DNA of 54,919 bases from an uncultured Candidatus Actinomarina sp. (GTDB taxonomy: Bacteria; Actinomycetota; Acidimicrobiia; Actinomarinales; Actinomarinaceae): NCBI GenBank assembly GCA_902597375.1, contig CACJXH010000002.1, positions 1 through 54,919 on the forward strand, read 5' to 3'. The position numbers and the translations under genes were made by a program. The notes beneath the pieces are model-generated. The model saw only the letters and a list, made by a program, of their open reading frames with translations, was not told the origin of the DNA and did not search any database. Of the stretch, positions 20,238-28,570 are shown in pieces (the stretch's first letter is position 1; each line of letters begins with the position of its first letter).

Positions 20238-20840
20238 CTACTGATTAGCTAGTTGAATTAGTAAAGCTCCAACCATGTCTGCAGGAAGATTTCCTGTTCT
20301 TCTTGCAACTACATTTAAATCTTTATCTAAAAACACCCAATAAGGAAAAGCACTAAGGCCGTAAGCATTGCCAATTTCACGATCTAAATCATAGAGTTGT
20401 GTTTCGCTCCATCCCTCGTCAGCTAGCCATTTTTGAGGTGGGTAGTTTTCTCTACCACGATCAATTGATGTTGCTATAGCAATAACATCTACACCAGGAG
20501 GGACACCTGCTGAATCAATAAATCCTTGAACTACAGGAACTTCTTTTTGACAATATCCACACCAGTGAGCAAGGAATAATAAAGCTTTTGCATTACCATT
20601 TTTTTCTAGACTAACTATTTCGGAGTTTTCATTTGGAGCTGAAAATATAGGAGCAGCAAGGCCCAGAGCTATATTGTCATCATTTTCTCCTGCAAATTCT
20701 GGAAGTAAATCTCCAGTAACAGTAGTTTCACCCTCTGGAAGTCCAGCAGCAACAGGTTCAGAACTTAATGTTACACCTATTGCAATTGCAAGCCCTAACA
20801 CTAAAATAACGGCACCAGCGATGATAAAGTTTTTATTCAA
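20238..20840 (-). CDS. membrane-anchored thioredoxin-fold thiol:disulfide oxidoreductase (TlpA/ResA/DsbA-like)
   Basis: N-terminal TM helix and FLAHWCGYCQKE (CxxC). TTG start overlaps the dsbB stop by 8 nt. Confidence 0.75.
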   Translation of the reverse strand: MNKNFIIAGAVILVLGLAIAIGVTLSSEPVAAGLPEGETTVTGDLLPEFAGENDDNIALGLAAPIFSAPNENSEIVSLEKNGNAKALLFLAHWCGYCQKEVPVVQGFIDSAGVPPGVDVIAIATSIDRGRENYPPQKWLADEGWSETQLYDLDREIGNAYGLSAFPYWVFLDKDLNVVARRTGNLPADMVGALLIQLANQ

Positions 20841-21351
20841 CTAATTCCTTCCTTGCAAAATCATAATACAACAAAGCCACAAATATCGTTAAAAATCCAG
20901 TCCCTGCCATCACTGGAATACTTATAAAACCAAAAATATCAACGTACTTCATATCACATGGAACATCAACTGCACAGGTTCCTCCTCCGCCTCCTCCGTT
21001 TTGCAGAAAAATATGATACGCACTTACAGCTACACCAATAATGCTGATATAGCCAACTTTAAAAAAAGGTTTCTTAAATAATGAAATTATTAATGCGATT
21101 GCTATTGGATACATTAAGTACCTTTGATACCAACAAAATCTACATGGTATGAAACCAACAACTTCTGAATATACAATACTTCCAATCGAACTAAAGACTG
21201 CAACTGAAATAGCAAAGTTTAAGAATTGATCAGTTATTAATTTACTAAAAGTTTTTTTTGAAAAATAAAGATAAAGCATTACTGCTGTAGATGCCCAGGC
21301 AATAAAAGTAAGGAATCCAAAAAAAGTATTAAATAAAATTATGAGATCCAT
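20833..21351 (-). CDS. dsbB: DsbB/BdbC-family disulfide bond formation protein
   Basis: Four TM helices. First pair CRFCWYQR, second pair C-AVDVP-C preceded by a hexa-Gly tract. Confidence 0.7.
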   Translation of the reverse strand: MDLIILFNTFFGFLTFIAWASTAVMLYLYFSKKTFSKLITDQFLNFAISVAVFSSIGSIVYSEVVGFIPCRFCWYQRYLMYPIAIALIISLFKKPFFKVGYISIIGVAVSAYHIFLQNGGGGGGTCAVDVPCDMKYVDIFGFISIPVMAGTGFLTIFVALLYYDFARKELVE

Positions 21352-21369
21352 ATTGAAATTTTAACCTAC

Positions 21370-21403
21370 AAAAAATGATAGGCGACATTTGTCGCCTATC
21401 ATT
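21370..21403 (-). terminator. rho-independent terminator downstream of the rhodopsin gene
   Basis: Perfect 13-bp stem AATGATAGGCGAC/GTCGCCTATCATT with a 4-nt loop (21374-21403). It is followed on the minus strand by TTTT(G). Located 20 nt after the rhodopsin stop. Confidence 0.8.
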
Positions 21404-21422
21404 AAAATTTTATTCGAAAAAG

Positions 21423-22085
21423 TTATGAAACTTTTTCTCCTGACTTAACTCGAGCCATTTGTAGAACTAATACACCAAGACCGACTTTGTTAATTATGTC
21501 AGCGATTGTGTATAGAACTTCTCTAATAGCATCGAAGTCTCCTGCAACAGGTGCAATGTATCCCAAAGGATAAATTATCCAACCTACAAGGATTAAGTTC
21601 TTAATGTTTTCAAAAGCTGCTGCTTCGTCACCTTTAAGACCTTCTCCTTCAGCTTGAAGATTTCTCATTAGCCAGATGTAAGTTGCCATAGCAATTACAA
21701 ATCCTGTCCAATATTCGTTGCTTCCTGCTACTGATGTTTCACCGTAGTATCCTGCACCAATCATTACTGTTGCTGCAACTCCCCAGTTACGAACTGCCTC
21801 ATTATATGCGGCACCTTTTCTTGTAACTGCAAGGACTTCCACGAACATCAAAGGAACGGTTAAGACCCAGTCAACGTATCTTAACCCTGTATCGTATGCT
21901 CCACTTTCCCAAGATGCACCCATCTTTTGATAGTGATACCATGCAATACCACAGACAAGTGCTGAAATATAAACACCACGTCTGTGTTCTGGTTTAACTT
22001 CTCTTGATGAAGCAAGTAGAAATACTGTTCCTGCAAGCATTCCCACAGTTGCCACCATGAAAAGTCGGTATGTTAGTTCTTCCAT
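21423..22085 (-). CDS. microbial (type 1) rhodopsin, proteorhodopsin/xanthorhodopsin-like DTE proton-pump type
   Basis: Seven predicted TM helices. Helix C is RYVDWVLTVPLMFVE (D72, T76, E83; Met80 at the PR-105 tuning position). Helix B His (AWYHY). Helix F WIIYPLGY. Helix G ADIINK (counter-ion D196, Schiff-base K200). AGGAG RBS. GC visibly above the local background. Confidence 0.9.
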   Translation of the reverse strand: MEELTYRLFMVATVGMLAGTVFLLASSREVKPEHRRGVYISALVCGIAWYHYQKMGASWESGAYDTGLRYVDWVLTVPLMFVEVLAVTRKGAAYNEAVRNWGVAATVMIGAGYYGETSVAGSNEYWTGFVIAMATYIWLMRNLQAEGEGLKGDEAAAFENIKNLILVGWIIYPLGYIAPVAGDFDAIREVLYTIADIINKVGLGVLVLQMARVKSGEKVS

Positions 22086-22111
22086 TTTAGAAGTACTCCT
22101 TTTTTTCTTTA

Positions 22112-22128
22112 ATGTGAAACGTTCACAT
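22112..22128. promoter_or_regulatory. inverted repeat ATGTGAA-ACG-TTCACAT in the rhodopsin leader/promoter
   Basis: Read directly. Two 7-nt perfect arms with a 3-nt spacer, at -27 to -43 from the rhodopsin ATG. Candidate operator or leader hairpin. Confidence 0.35.
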
Positions 22129-22214
22129 CACAAATGTACCATTCTTGTGAAATTATTAAAATAATTTGGAAATTTTTTAAAAATTTTTGTAACTTTATTT
22201 TTTAAAAATAGTAA

Positions 22215-23690
22215 TTAAACAGTGGATCCGACAGACCATTTTTCTAAATATGGTTTCAAATTAAACTTTGTCGCTGTAGATTTTGAGGTCATATACCTAA
22301 TTTTTCCATAAATTGGCCTCTCTGGACCCCATGCTCTGTCATATCTTCCTAATATCCAAAATACTCCTGAGTATGAGTTTGGATCTCTTCCATCTAATGC
22401 AAAACGATCATTTAAATCTATCAAATAGGAAAGTGCAATTTGTGGATTAGGCGTCCATTCAAGAATTTTCTTACCCCACAACATTCTTAAATAATTATGA
22501 ATTCTACCTTCAGTTTTTAACTGATTTTGAGCTGCGTTCCAAATTTCATCATGTGTATTAGCGTTTGTAAATTCTGATAAGTCATAGATATATTCTCTTT
22601 CATCATTAGCATGATCGTCTAATGTTTTAATTGCCCAGTCTGGTAGAGATTGATATTGGTCATAGTTTGCTCGTTTTACACAGGTATGATATCCAAGCTC
22701 TCTCCAAGTGATTAGCTCATCAAAAAAACTTTCAAGATTAGCAGATCCACCCCACCATCCTTCTCTACGACCTACAAAATTAGGATCAATATTCTCTACT
22801 GACCAGGACTCATTACTAATTATTTTTTCAAATACTTCATACGTTGAAATGTGTCCAAAATGAAAATATGGTGAAAGTTGGCTACTTGCATCTTCTGAAG
22901 GATGACTTCTTAGTTTTGAGTAATCATTAAATCCTTTTTCTGCAAAAAGATCCAATCTTGATTTGGCTGCATTATATCCACCAACAACATCACTAATCTC
23001 TACAGATTTATCAACATTTAAGTTATTTAAAAAGTCTTGAGTATTAACTTTATTAAAATCAACAAGTTCATATTTCTTAAAAATTGGTTCTAATAATTTT
23101 TCATCAAATTTCAAATTAAGATATTCAAGAGGATCTTTCTCAGGAACTTCAACTAAAAAGTCTTCAATATTTTTGTGCATAAATCTTCTAAAGTCATGAG
23201 CACGTACATATTCTTTTTCTGCAATTCTTATTGGAAGCAAGCCATTTGAATCAACCAATTCATATGTTGTTTGAATACTACCTTTTGCTTCTGCTGTCAT
23301 TTGAGGAACAAAATAAGTTGGATAATCATCTGTAATAACAACTGCAGCATTTTTTGCTAACTCAACCAATAATTTATCTGCTACACCTCTTTTTTCTTCA
23401 ACATATGGAAAATAAAAAGCTTTTGATTTCTCTGTTTGTTTTTGAATATCTTGCATGCCTTCAATAGCAAATTTGTGAAATCTAATACTTGCCATAGGAT
23501 AATCAATTGTCATTGGTTCAAAAATAAGTAATGGTTTCGAGAGTTTGTTTGCCCATTCAATTGCACGTTGAATCGAAAAATTATAATTTACTCTTCTAAA
23601 TGCGATCATCCAATACAGAACATAGGGAGCATCCATATTTGGCTGTTCATCATTAAGTGTTGTTATTCTATTTATTGGCACTTCAATCAT
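22215..23690 (-). CDS. phr: class II CPD deoxyribodipyrimidine photolyase
   Basis: YVLYWMIAFRRVNYNFSIQ (class II YWM.R.QR..DN block), HNYLRMLWGKKILEW (class II RMYWAKKILEW block) and FHFGHIS. Confidence 0.8.
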   Translation of the reverse strand: MIEVPINRITTLNDEQPNMDAPYVLYWMIAFRRVNYNFSIQRAIEWANKLSKPLLIFEPMTIDYPMASIRFHKFAIEGMQDIQKQTEKSKAFYFPYVEEKRGVADKLLVELAKNAAVVITDDYPTYFVPQMTAEAKGSIQTTYELVDSNGLLPIRIAEKEYVRAHDFRRFMHKNIEDFLVEVPEKDPLEYLNLKFDEKLLEPIFKKYELVDFNKVNTQDFLNNLNVDKSVEISDVVGGYNAAKSRLDLFAEKGFNDYSKLRSHPSEDASSQLSPYFHFGHISTYEVFEKIISNESWSVENIDPNFVGRREGWWGGSANLESFFDELITWRELGYHTCVKRANYDQYQSLPDWAIKTLDDHANDEREYIYDLSEFTNANTHDEIWNAAQNQLKTEGRIHNYLRMLWGKKILEWTPNPQIALSYLIDLNDRFALDGRDPNSYSGVFWILGRYDRAWGPERPIYGKIRYMTSKSTATKFNLKPYLEKWSVGSTV

Positions 23691-23753
23691 AAAAATATTA
23701 TAAGATTGAATTCATTTTTAAATTGAAAATTATATGGTTAAAATTACTTTTGT

Positions 23754-24929
23754 ATGGGAGCAATTGATATCAAATCTGCCGGGAAAATTTACCCGAATGG
23801 CACAAGAGCACTGGAAGATGTAAATATCACTATAAATGATGGAGAGTTTGTAGTTCTTGTTGGGCCTTCTGGTTGTGGTAAAACTACTCTACTTAGAATG
23901 GTTGCAGGTCTTGAGGATATAACTGAAGGTGAAATTTCAATAGGCGATAAAACTGTTAACGATGTAGCTCCAAAAGATCGTGATATAGCTATGGTTTTTC
24001 AAAATTATGCGCTGTATCCACACATGTCAGTTTTTGACAATATGGCTTTTTCTCTAAAACTAAGGAAATTACCAAAAGACGAAATAGATCAAAAAGTTAA
24101 AGATGCGGCTAAGACACTTGAGATAAGTGAGTTATTAGACAGAAAACCAAAAGCTTTATCAGGTGGACAAAGACAAAGGGTGGCAATGGGTAGAGCTATT
24201 GTTAGAAATCCTCAAGCGTTCCTCATGGATGAACCACTTTCAAACTTAGATGCAAAATTGAGAGTACAAATGAGAGCAGAATTGGGACAGCTTCACACAC
24301 AATTACAAACAACGACTTTATATGTTACTCATGACCAAGTTGAAGCAATGACTATGGGTGATAGGGTTGCAGTGATTAGAAAAGGTGAGTTACAACAAAT
24401 TGATACTCCTAGAGAGATTTATCTAAATCCTAGAAATATTTTTGTAGCAGGATTTATTGGCAGTCCTTCAATGAACTTTGTGTATGCAAATGTAGGTGTA
24501 AATAAGAGCTCTGTTAAATTAAATTTTGGAAATGATCAAATTGACTACAAAGGTGATAAGTTAGAAAAATTAAAAACTTTTGAGAACAAAGAAATAGTAA
24601 TGGGAATAAGACCAGAAGCTTTTGAAGATGGAAACTATGCAAATACAAGCGAGTATTCAGAGAGTATTAAGGTATCTGTTTCTCTTTTAGAACAACTTGG
24701 ATCTGATTCATATATTCATTTTTATAAAGATATAAAGCCTGTTCAAACTGAAGCAATTGAGGAAATTTTAGCTGATGAAGGTGAGGATATTTCTGTTTTA
24801 GGAGATAATACAAAATTTATTGCAAGAATAAATCCAAACTCAACCGTTGTTGAAGGAGAAGAAATTGAACTTAAAATTGATCCATCAAAACTTCACTTCT
24901 TTGACCCTGAAACCGGAAATGCTTTATAA
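23754..24929 (+). CDS. sugar ABC transporter ATP-binding protein (MalK/MsiK/UgpC type)
   Basis: GPSGCGKTT, LSGGQRQRVAMGRAIV, FLMDEPLSNLD and VTHDQ, plus a C-terminal TOBE-like regulatory domain. Confidence 0.9.
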   Translation: MGAIDIKSAGKIYPNGTRALEDVNITINDGEFVVLVGPSGCGKTTLLRMVAGLEDITEGEISIGDKTVNDVAPKDRDIAMVFQNYALYPHMSVFDNMAFSLKLRKLPKDEIDQKVKDAAKTLEISELLDRKPKALSGGQRQRVAMGRAIVRNPQAFLMDEPLSNLDAKLRVQMRAELGQLHTQLQTTTLYVTHDQVEAMTMGDRVAVIRKGELQQIDTPREIYLNPRNIFVAGFIGSPSMNFVYANVGVNKSSVKLNFGNDQIDYKGDKLEKLKTFENKEIVMGIRPEAFEDGNYANTSEYSESIKVSVSLLEQLGSDSYIHFYKDIKPVQTEAIEEILADEGEDISVLGDNTKFIARINPNSTVVEGEEIELKIDPSKLHFFDPETGNAL

Positions 24930-24933
24930 ATTA

Positions 24934-26202
24934 TTAGTATTTACTGTCTAATTCCTCAGTAATCTCATTAATAAATTCGCTTCCTAAGGAAATATACTTT
25001 TTTAATGCATATAGAAGATGATCTGCTCCAATTCTTCTTTCCATTAGTTCTGATGCGTCATATCTAAATAAATCTTCATTTAATGCATTCCTAACGAATA
25101 ATGTTTCTTTTAACAACATATTATTTTCTATCTGTTCAATATTTGAATTTTTATTTCCAGAGATAAAACTTGAATCAGATTTTGATATCCAGATTTGCCC
25201 AAAATTATCATCTACCAGAGCTCTAAAAACATCTAAGGATTTATTTGATGGGTTTAAGATAACTAGAGAATCTCCGATACCGACCATTGCCTCTTTATTA
25301 GATTCTGATGGAAATTTAAAAAAATCAAAATCATCCTCGTAACTTTTATCAGATGGAAAATACATGCTTGCAAAATGACCCGACCAGCTGAATACGCATG
25401 AATTATTTTCATCAAGTAAATTACGAGAGTTATTTCTAAACTCTTTACTTATAATTCTTTGGTTTCCCCCATAAACAGTGTTTTCATCAAAGATTAGTTT
25501 TCCAATATTTAAGATTGATAGTGTTATTTCATTATTTTGAGAAGTAATTATTTGTTTAAACCAGTCATCATAAATATCTGGTCCATACTCGTGCAAAATT
25601 AAGTCTTCTAACCAATTTGTCGCTATCCATCCTGTTGAGGCACCACTTTCAATGTCCAAACACCATAATGGATTATCAGAAGATGAATTTTTTTTAGAAA
25701 AAGAAACCATTTCTTCAAAGTTTTCAAAATTTGGAGATCCTAACCTCTCATATTTTTCTACGTCATACCAAATTAATGAATTTGGAATTAATCTAAATAA
25801 AACCCCATAATTAATTTGATCTATTTGAGAAGTTGTAATCTCTTGTAAGTGTTTTGAGTAATTATCGTTAATTATTTGCTCATTTAGGGCAATAGAAACT
25901 GAGTAAAGATGACCTCTTTCTCCAAGATTGACCACACCTTGTGGATTTGGAATTATTGCAAGATCAAACTCTTCAGTATTACTACCTTCAATTATCTCTG
26001 ACTCAATATCTGAAAAGGGAACATACTTAATCTTTACATTTAAGTCTTTAGAAATTAAATCTAATTCTTCTTCTAAGTAATCGATTTGTGGGAAATATGG
26101 ACCGGCTATAGAAATTTCTTCTGGACTATAAGCTAAATATGAAAAAACTGAAGTTAAAAAAATGAATATTGGAATAAATAACTTTTTATTCTTTAATTCC
26201 AT
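24934..26202 (-). CDS. membrane-anchored solute-binding-protein paralogue (family 1 SBP-like), very AT-rich
   Basis: N-terminal hydrophobic anchor without a lipobox Cys. Shares blocks with the SBP at 29885-31192 (WIATNWLEDLILHEYGP versus WLATDWMEDIMLRTGNG; DLAIIPNPQGV versus NIALWPQPGTV). Confidence 0.6.
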   Translation of the reverse strand: MELKNKKLFIPIFIFLTSVFSYLAYSPEEISIAGPYFPQIDYLEEELDLISKDLNVKIKYVPFSDIESEIIEGSNTEEFDLAIIPNPQGVVNLGERGHLYSVSIALNEQIINDNYSKHLQEITTSQIDQINYGVLFRLIPNSLIWYDVEKYERLGSPNFENFEEMVSFSKKNSSSDNPLWCLDIESGASTGWIATNWLEDLILHEYGPDIYDDWFKQIITSQNNEITLSILNIGKLIFDENTVYGGNQRIISKEFRNNSRNLLDENNSCVFSWSGHFASMYFPSDKSYEDDFDFFKFPSESNKEAMVGIGDSLVILNPSNKSLDVFRALVDDNFGQIWISKSDSSFISGNKNSNIEQIENNMLLKETLFVRNALNEDLFRYDASELMERRIGADHLLYALKKYISLGSEFINEITEELDSKY

Positions 26203-27086
26203 AAATGTGCTGCTCCTCTAACACCGCTAGATGATCCATGAGTTGCACTTACAATAGGTGTAAGGAAAAAATTGGATGCTATATAAGGTATTATTCTTTT
26301 TGGTACTTCATCATAAATACCGTCAATTTCAGACATTCCACCGCCGCAGACGATAATATCTGGATCTAGTATATTTACAAACGTACTAAACGATCTTGCA
26401 ATTCTTTCAAAATAAACATCCATTACTTCTACAGCAACTGGATCATTTTCTTGATAAAGAGAAACAATTTCCCTGGATGATATTTTTGATTTTGTTATAT
26501 GCTCATAATAATTTTCTAGACCAGGGCCAGATAAAAAGACTTCAACTGCTCCAATTCTTCCGCAATGTCTCTTAACACTTTTTTCGTATTCATCCATTGG
26601 TCCAGGTATAGGATTTTGACCCCACTCTCCAGTGAGCTTATTTGGACCAACTATTATTTTTTTATCATAGGAATAACCTGCACCTACCCCAGTACCAAGA
26701 ATTACTGCAAAAACACTTTTGTAATCTTTACCTGCTCCATCCACAGCCTCTGATAGTGCTAAACAATCAGCATCGTTAGCAATCTTAATTTCATATCCGA
26801 GTTTTGTTTCAATATCTGATTTTACTGATTTACCCTCAAGAGCTTTAGTATTTGAGACTTGAACAAGATTTGTTTCAGGGTGAATTGATCCAGGCATACC
26901 AATACCAACTGTAAAATTTGTAGAATCTTTTGAAAGTTCTTTAATTACTTCAACAACCTTGGAAACAATTTCTTCGTAATTCTCTTTAGGAGAATCAACT
27001 CTAATTCTATTTAATTCTGTACCATTCTTAGGGTCAATAGCGATACCTTCAATTTTTGTTCCGCCCCAATCAATTCCAATTTTCAT
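26193..27086 (-). CDS. ROK-family sugar kinase with a degenerate zinc motif
   Basis: GIDWGGTKIEG (DxGGT), IANDADCLALSEA and GTGVGAG. The usual GE.GH...C.CG..GC.E is replaced by GEWGQN...HCGRIGAVE. No N-terminal HTH. Confidence 0.75.
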   Translation of the reverse strand: MKIGIDWGGTKIEGIAIDPKNGTELNRIRVDSPKENYEEIVSKVVEVIKELSKDSTNFTVGIGMPGSIHPETNLVQVSNTKALEGKSVKSDIETKLGYEIKIANDADCLALSEAVDGAGKDYKSVFAVILGTGVGAGYSYDKKIIVGPNKLTGEWGQNPIPGPMDEYEKSVKRHCGRIGAVEVFLSGPGLENYYEHITKSKISSREIVSLYQENDPVAVEVMDVYFERIARSFSTFVNILDPDIIVCGGGMSEIDGIYDEVPKRIIPYIASNFFLTPIVSATHGSSSGVRGAAHLWN

Positions 27087-27677
27087 TTATTTGCTCAACT
27101 TAAAATTTAAACTATATTTTTTTATGTTAGTAGACCCAATTTTTTCAATTTCATTATTTTTATTTAACAGCCAATAATATGGAGCATCTGGATAAAGTTC
27201 TGCATAATCTGTTGCCACTCCGTATAGTATTTTCTTATCATTGGAGAGAACTGCTTCAAAATATCTTAAGTAATATATATAGTTATTACATCCATCTCGT
27301 AGTGATTCTTCTTGGAGTTTTCCATCAATTCTTGACTTAAAATTATTTTCTTTGGTTAATATTATTTTTAACTCACCAGGTTTATTCATCTCCCAAGTTG
27401 GACCAATACAAACTCCATCGAAATCACTCTCATAATCTTCTCTAAACTTCATATCAAAAGTTAAAACATAATAATTAATTTCATCAGAACTATTTGGAAA
27501 TATTTGAATATTTAAATTTATTGAATCATTGAAAAAAGAACTTTCAGTTGTATTTATTGATAATCTTCCATCATAAATATTAATCTCATCCTCAATATTG
27601 AATTCGTAATTATAGGTTTGAAGAATTGAGCAAAATGAAAATACAAAGATGAGTAGTATTATCGTTATGGGTTTCAA
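27087..27677 (-). CDS. hypothetical secreted protein or lipoprotein
   Basis: Signal-like N-terminus ILLIFVFSFCS (possible lipobox). No family recognised. TTG start in a TTGA overlap with the permease stop. No alternative ATG. Confidence 0.5.
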   Translation of the reverse strand: MKPITIILLIFVFSFCSILQTYNYEFNIEDEINIYDGRLSINTTESSFFNDSINLNIQIFPNSSDEINYYVLTFDMKFREDYESDFDGVCIGPTWEMNKPGELKIILTKENNFKSRIDGKLQEESLRDGCNNYIYYLRYFEAVLSNDKKILYGVATDYAELYPDAPYYWLLNKNNEIEKIGSTNIKKYSLNFKLSK

Positions 27678-28570
27678 CCCTTTACTGCTCCTCCAACAAG
27701 TCCTCTAATGAAAAACCTTTGAAGGCTAAAAAATACAATTAAAGGTACAATCATGGAGACTACTGCACCTGCAGTTCTTAAATGCCATTCTTCACCATAA
27801 TTACCTACTGTAAGTTGAGCTACATGAGATGTTATAACTTGATTTCTTGGATTTATACCAAGAAAGACATTTGCAACAAGAAAATCATTATAAACCCACA
27901 GAAATTGGAATGTTGCAAATGCAGCAACACCGGCAATTGATAATGGTAAAGCTAATCTATAAAAAGTGGTTAAGTGTGAAGCTCCATCAATTTTTGCTGA
28001 CTCGATAACGCTTCTTGGTAAACCCATCATAAAATCTCTAAGCAGAAATGTGGCAAGTGGCAATCCAAATCCTGTATGTGCAAACCACACAGAAACAAAT
28101 GTCCCTGTTATTTTTAGTTCTGGAATAATTGGTAATCCAAATAATATTGCTCCCTTATTCATTAAGCTTACTAATGGTATTAAGGACATTTGTAAAGGAA
28201 CAATCATCATTGCAATCACAAAAAGAAATAAAATATCTTTTCCTTTGAAATCAATGAATGCAAATGCGTAAGCTGCAAAAGCAGCAATAGTGATTGGAAT
28301 TATTGTAGATGGTATAACTACAGCAAATGAATTGAAAAAAGACCTAGATAAATTTTCAGCAAATAATATTTCGTTATAATTTTGAAAAGTAAATTCAGAA
28401 ATTATCTCACCTCCAGAAATTGAATTCCACCAGGCTGCTCGTTTTATTGCCTCTGGTTCTCTAAATGAACTTAATACAAAACCAATATAAGGAAACATCC
28501 ATGCAAGAGAAATTGTAATAAGTATCAGCTTACTTACTGGTTTGTCATACCATTTTTGAGAATAGTTCAT
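27674..28570 (-). CDS. sugar ABC transporter permease (MalG-like)
   Basis: Six TM helices. EAA loop ESAKIDGASHLTTFYRLALP. ATGA overlap with the upstream permease. Confidence 0.85.
   Translation of the reverse strand: MNYSQKWYDKPVSKLILITISLAWMFPYIGFVLSSFREPEAIKRAAWWNSISGGEIISEFTFQNYNEILFAENLSRSFFNSFAVVIPSTIIPITIAAFAAYAFAFIDFKGKDILFLFVIAMMIVPLQMSLIPLVSLMNKGAILFGLPIIPELKITGTFVSVWFAHTGFGLPLATFLLRDFMMGLPRSVIESAKIDGASHLTTFYRLALPLSIAGVAAFATFQFLWVYNDFLVANVFLGINPRNQVITSHVAQLTVGNYGEEWHLRTAGAVVSMIVPLIVFFSLQRFFIRGLVGGAVKG

Noticed and set aside
21423-22085. Higher-GC patches (rhodopsin, SBP 29885-31192, rplY, ABC-2 permease 38129-38929) as horizontally acquired islands
   Set aside because: Each patch coincides exactly with one gene encoding a Gly/Ala-rich membrane protein or a presumably highly expressed protein. 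None has mobility genes or flanking repeats. Amino-acid composition and expression-linked codon bias are the simpler explanation.
18092-22085. UbiA-family fusion as a rhodopsin chromophore or antenna biosynthesis gene because of its proximity to the rhodopsin
   Set aside because: The motifs are MenA-type and the gene is coupled to a UbiE/MenG methyltransferase. The rhodopsin lies on the other strand behind its own terminator and two unrelated genes. Nothing in the sequence links them.
22112-22128. Canonical CRP/FNR binding site upstream of the rhodopsin
   Set aside because: The half-sites TGTGA/TCACA are present, but the spacer is 5 nt rather than 6. I therefore report it only as an uncharacterised palindrome, not as a CRP site.
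22151-22168. Second inverted repeat AAATTATT-AA-AATAATTT in the rhodopsin upstream spacer
   Set aside because: It is composed only of A and T in a very AT-rich spacer, so it is expected by chance.
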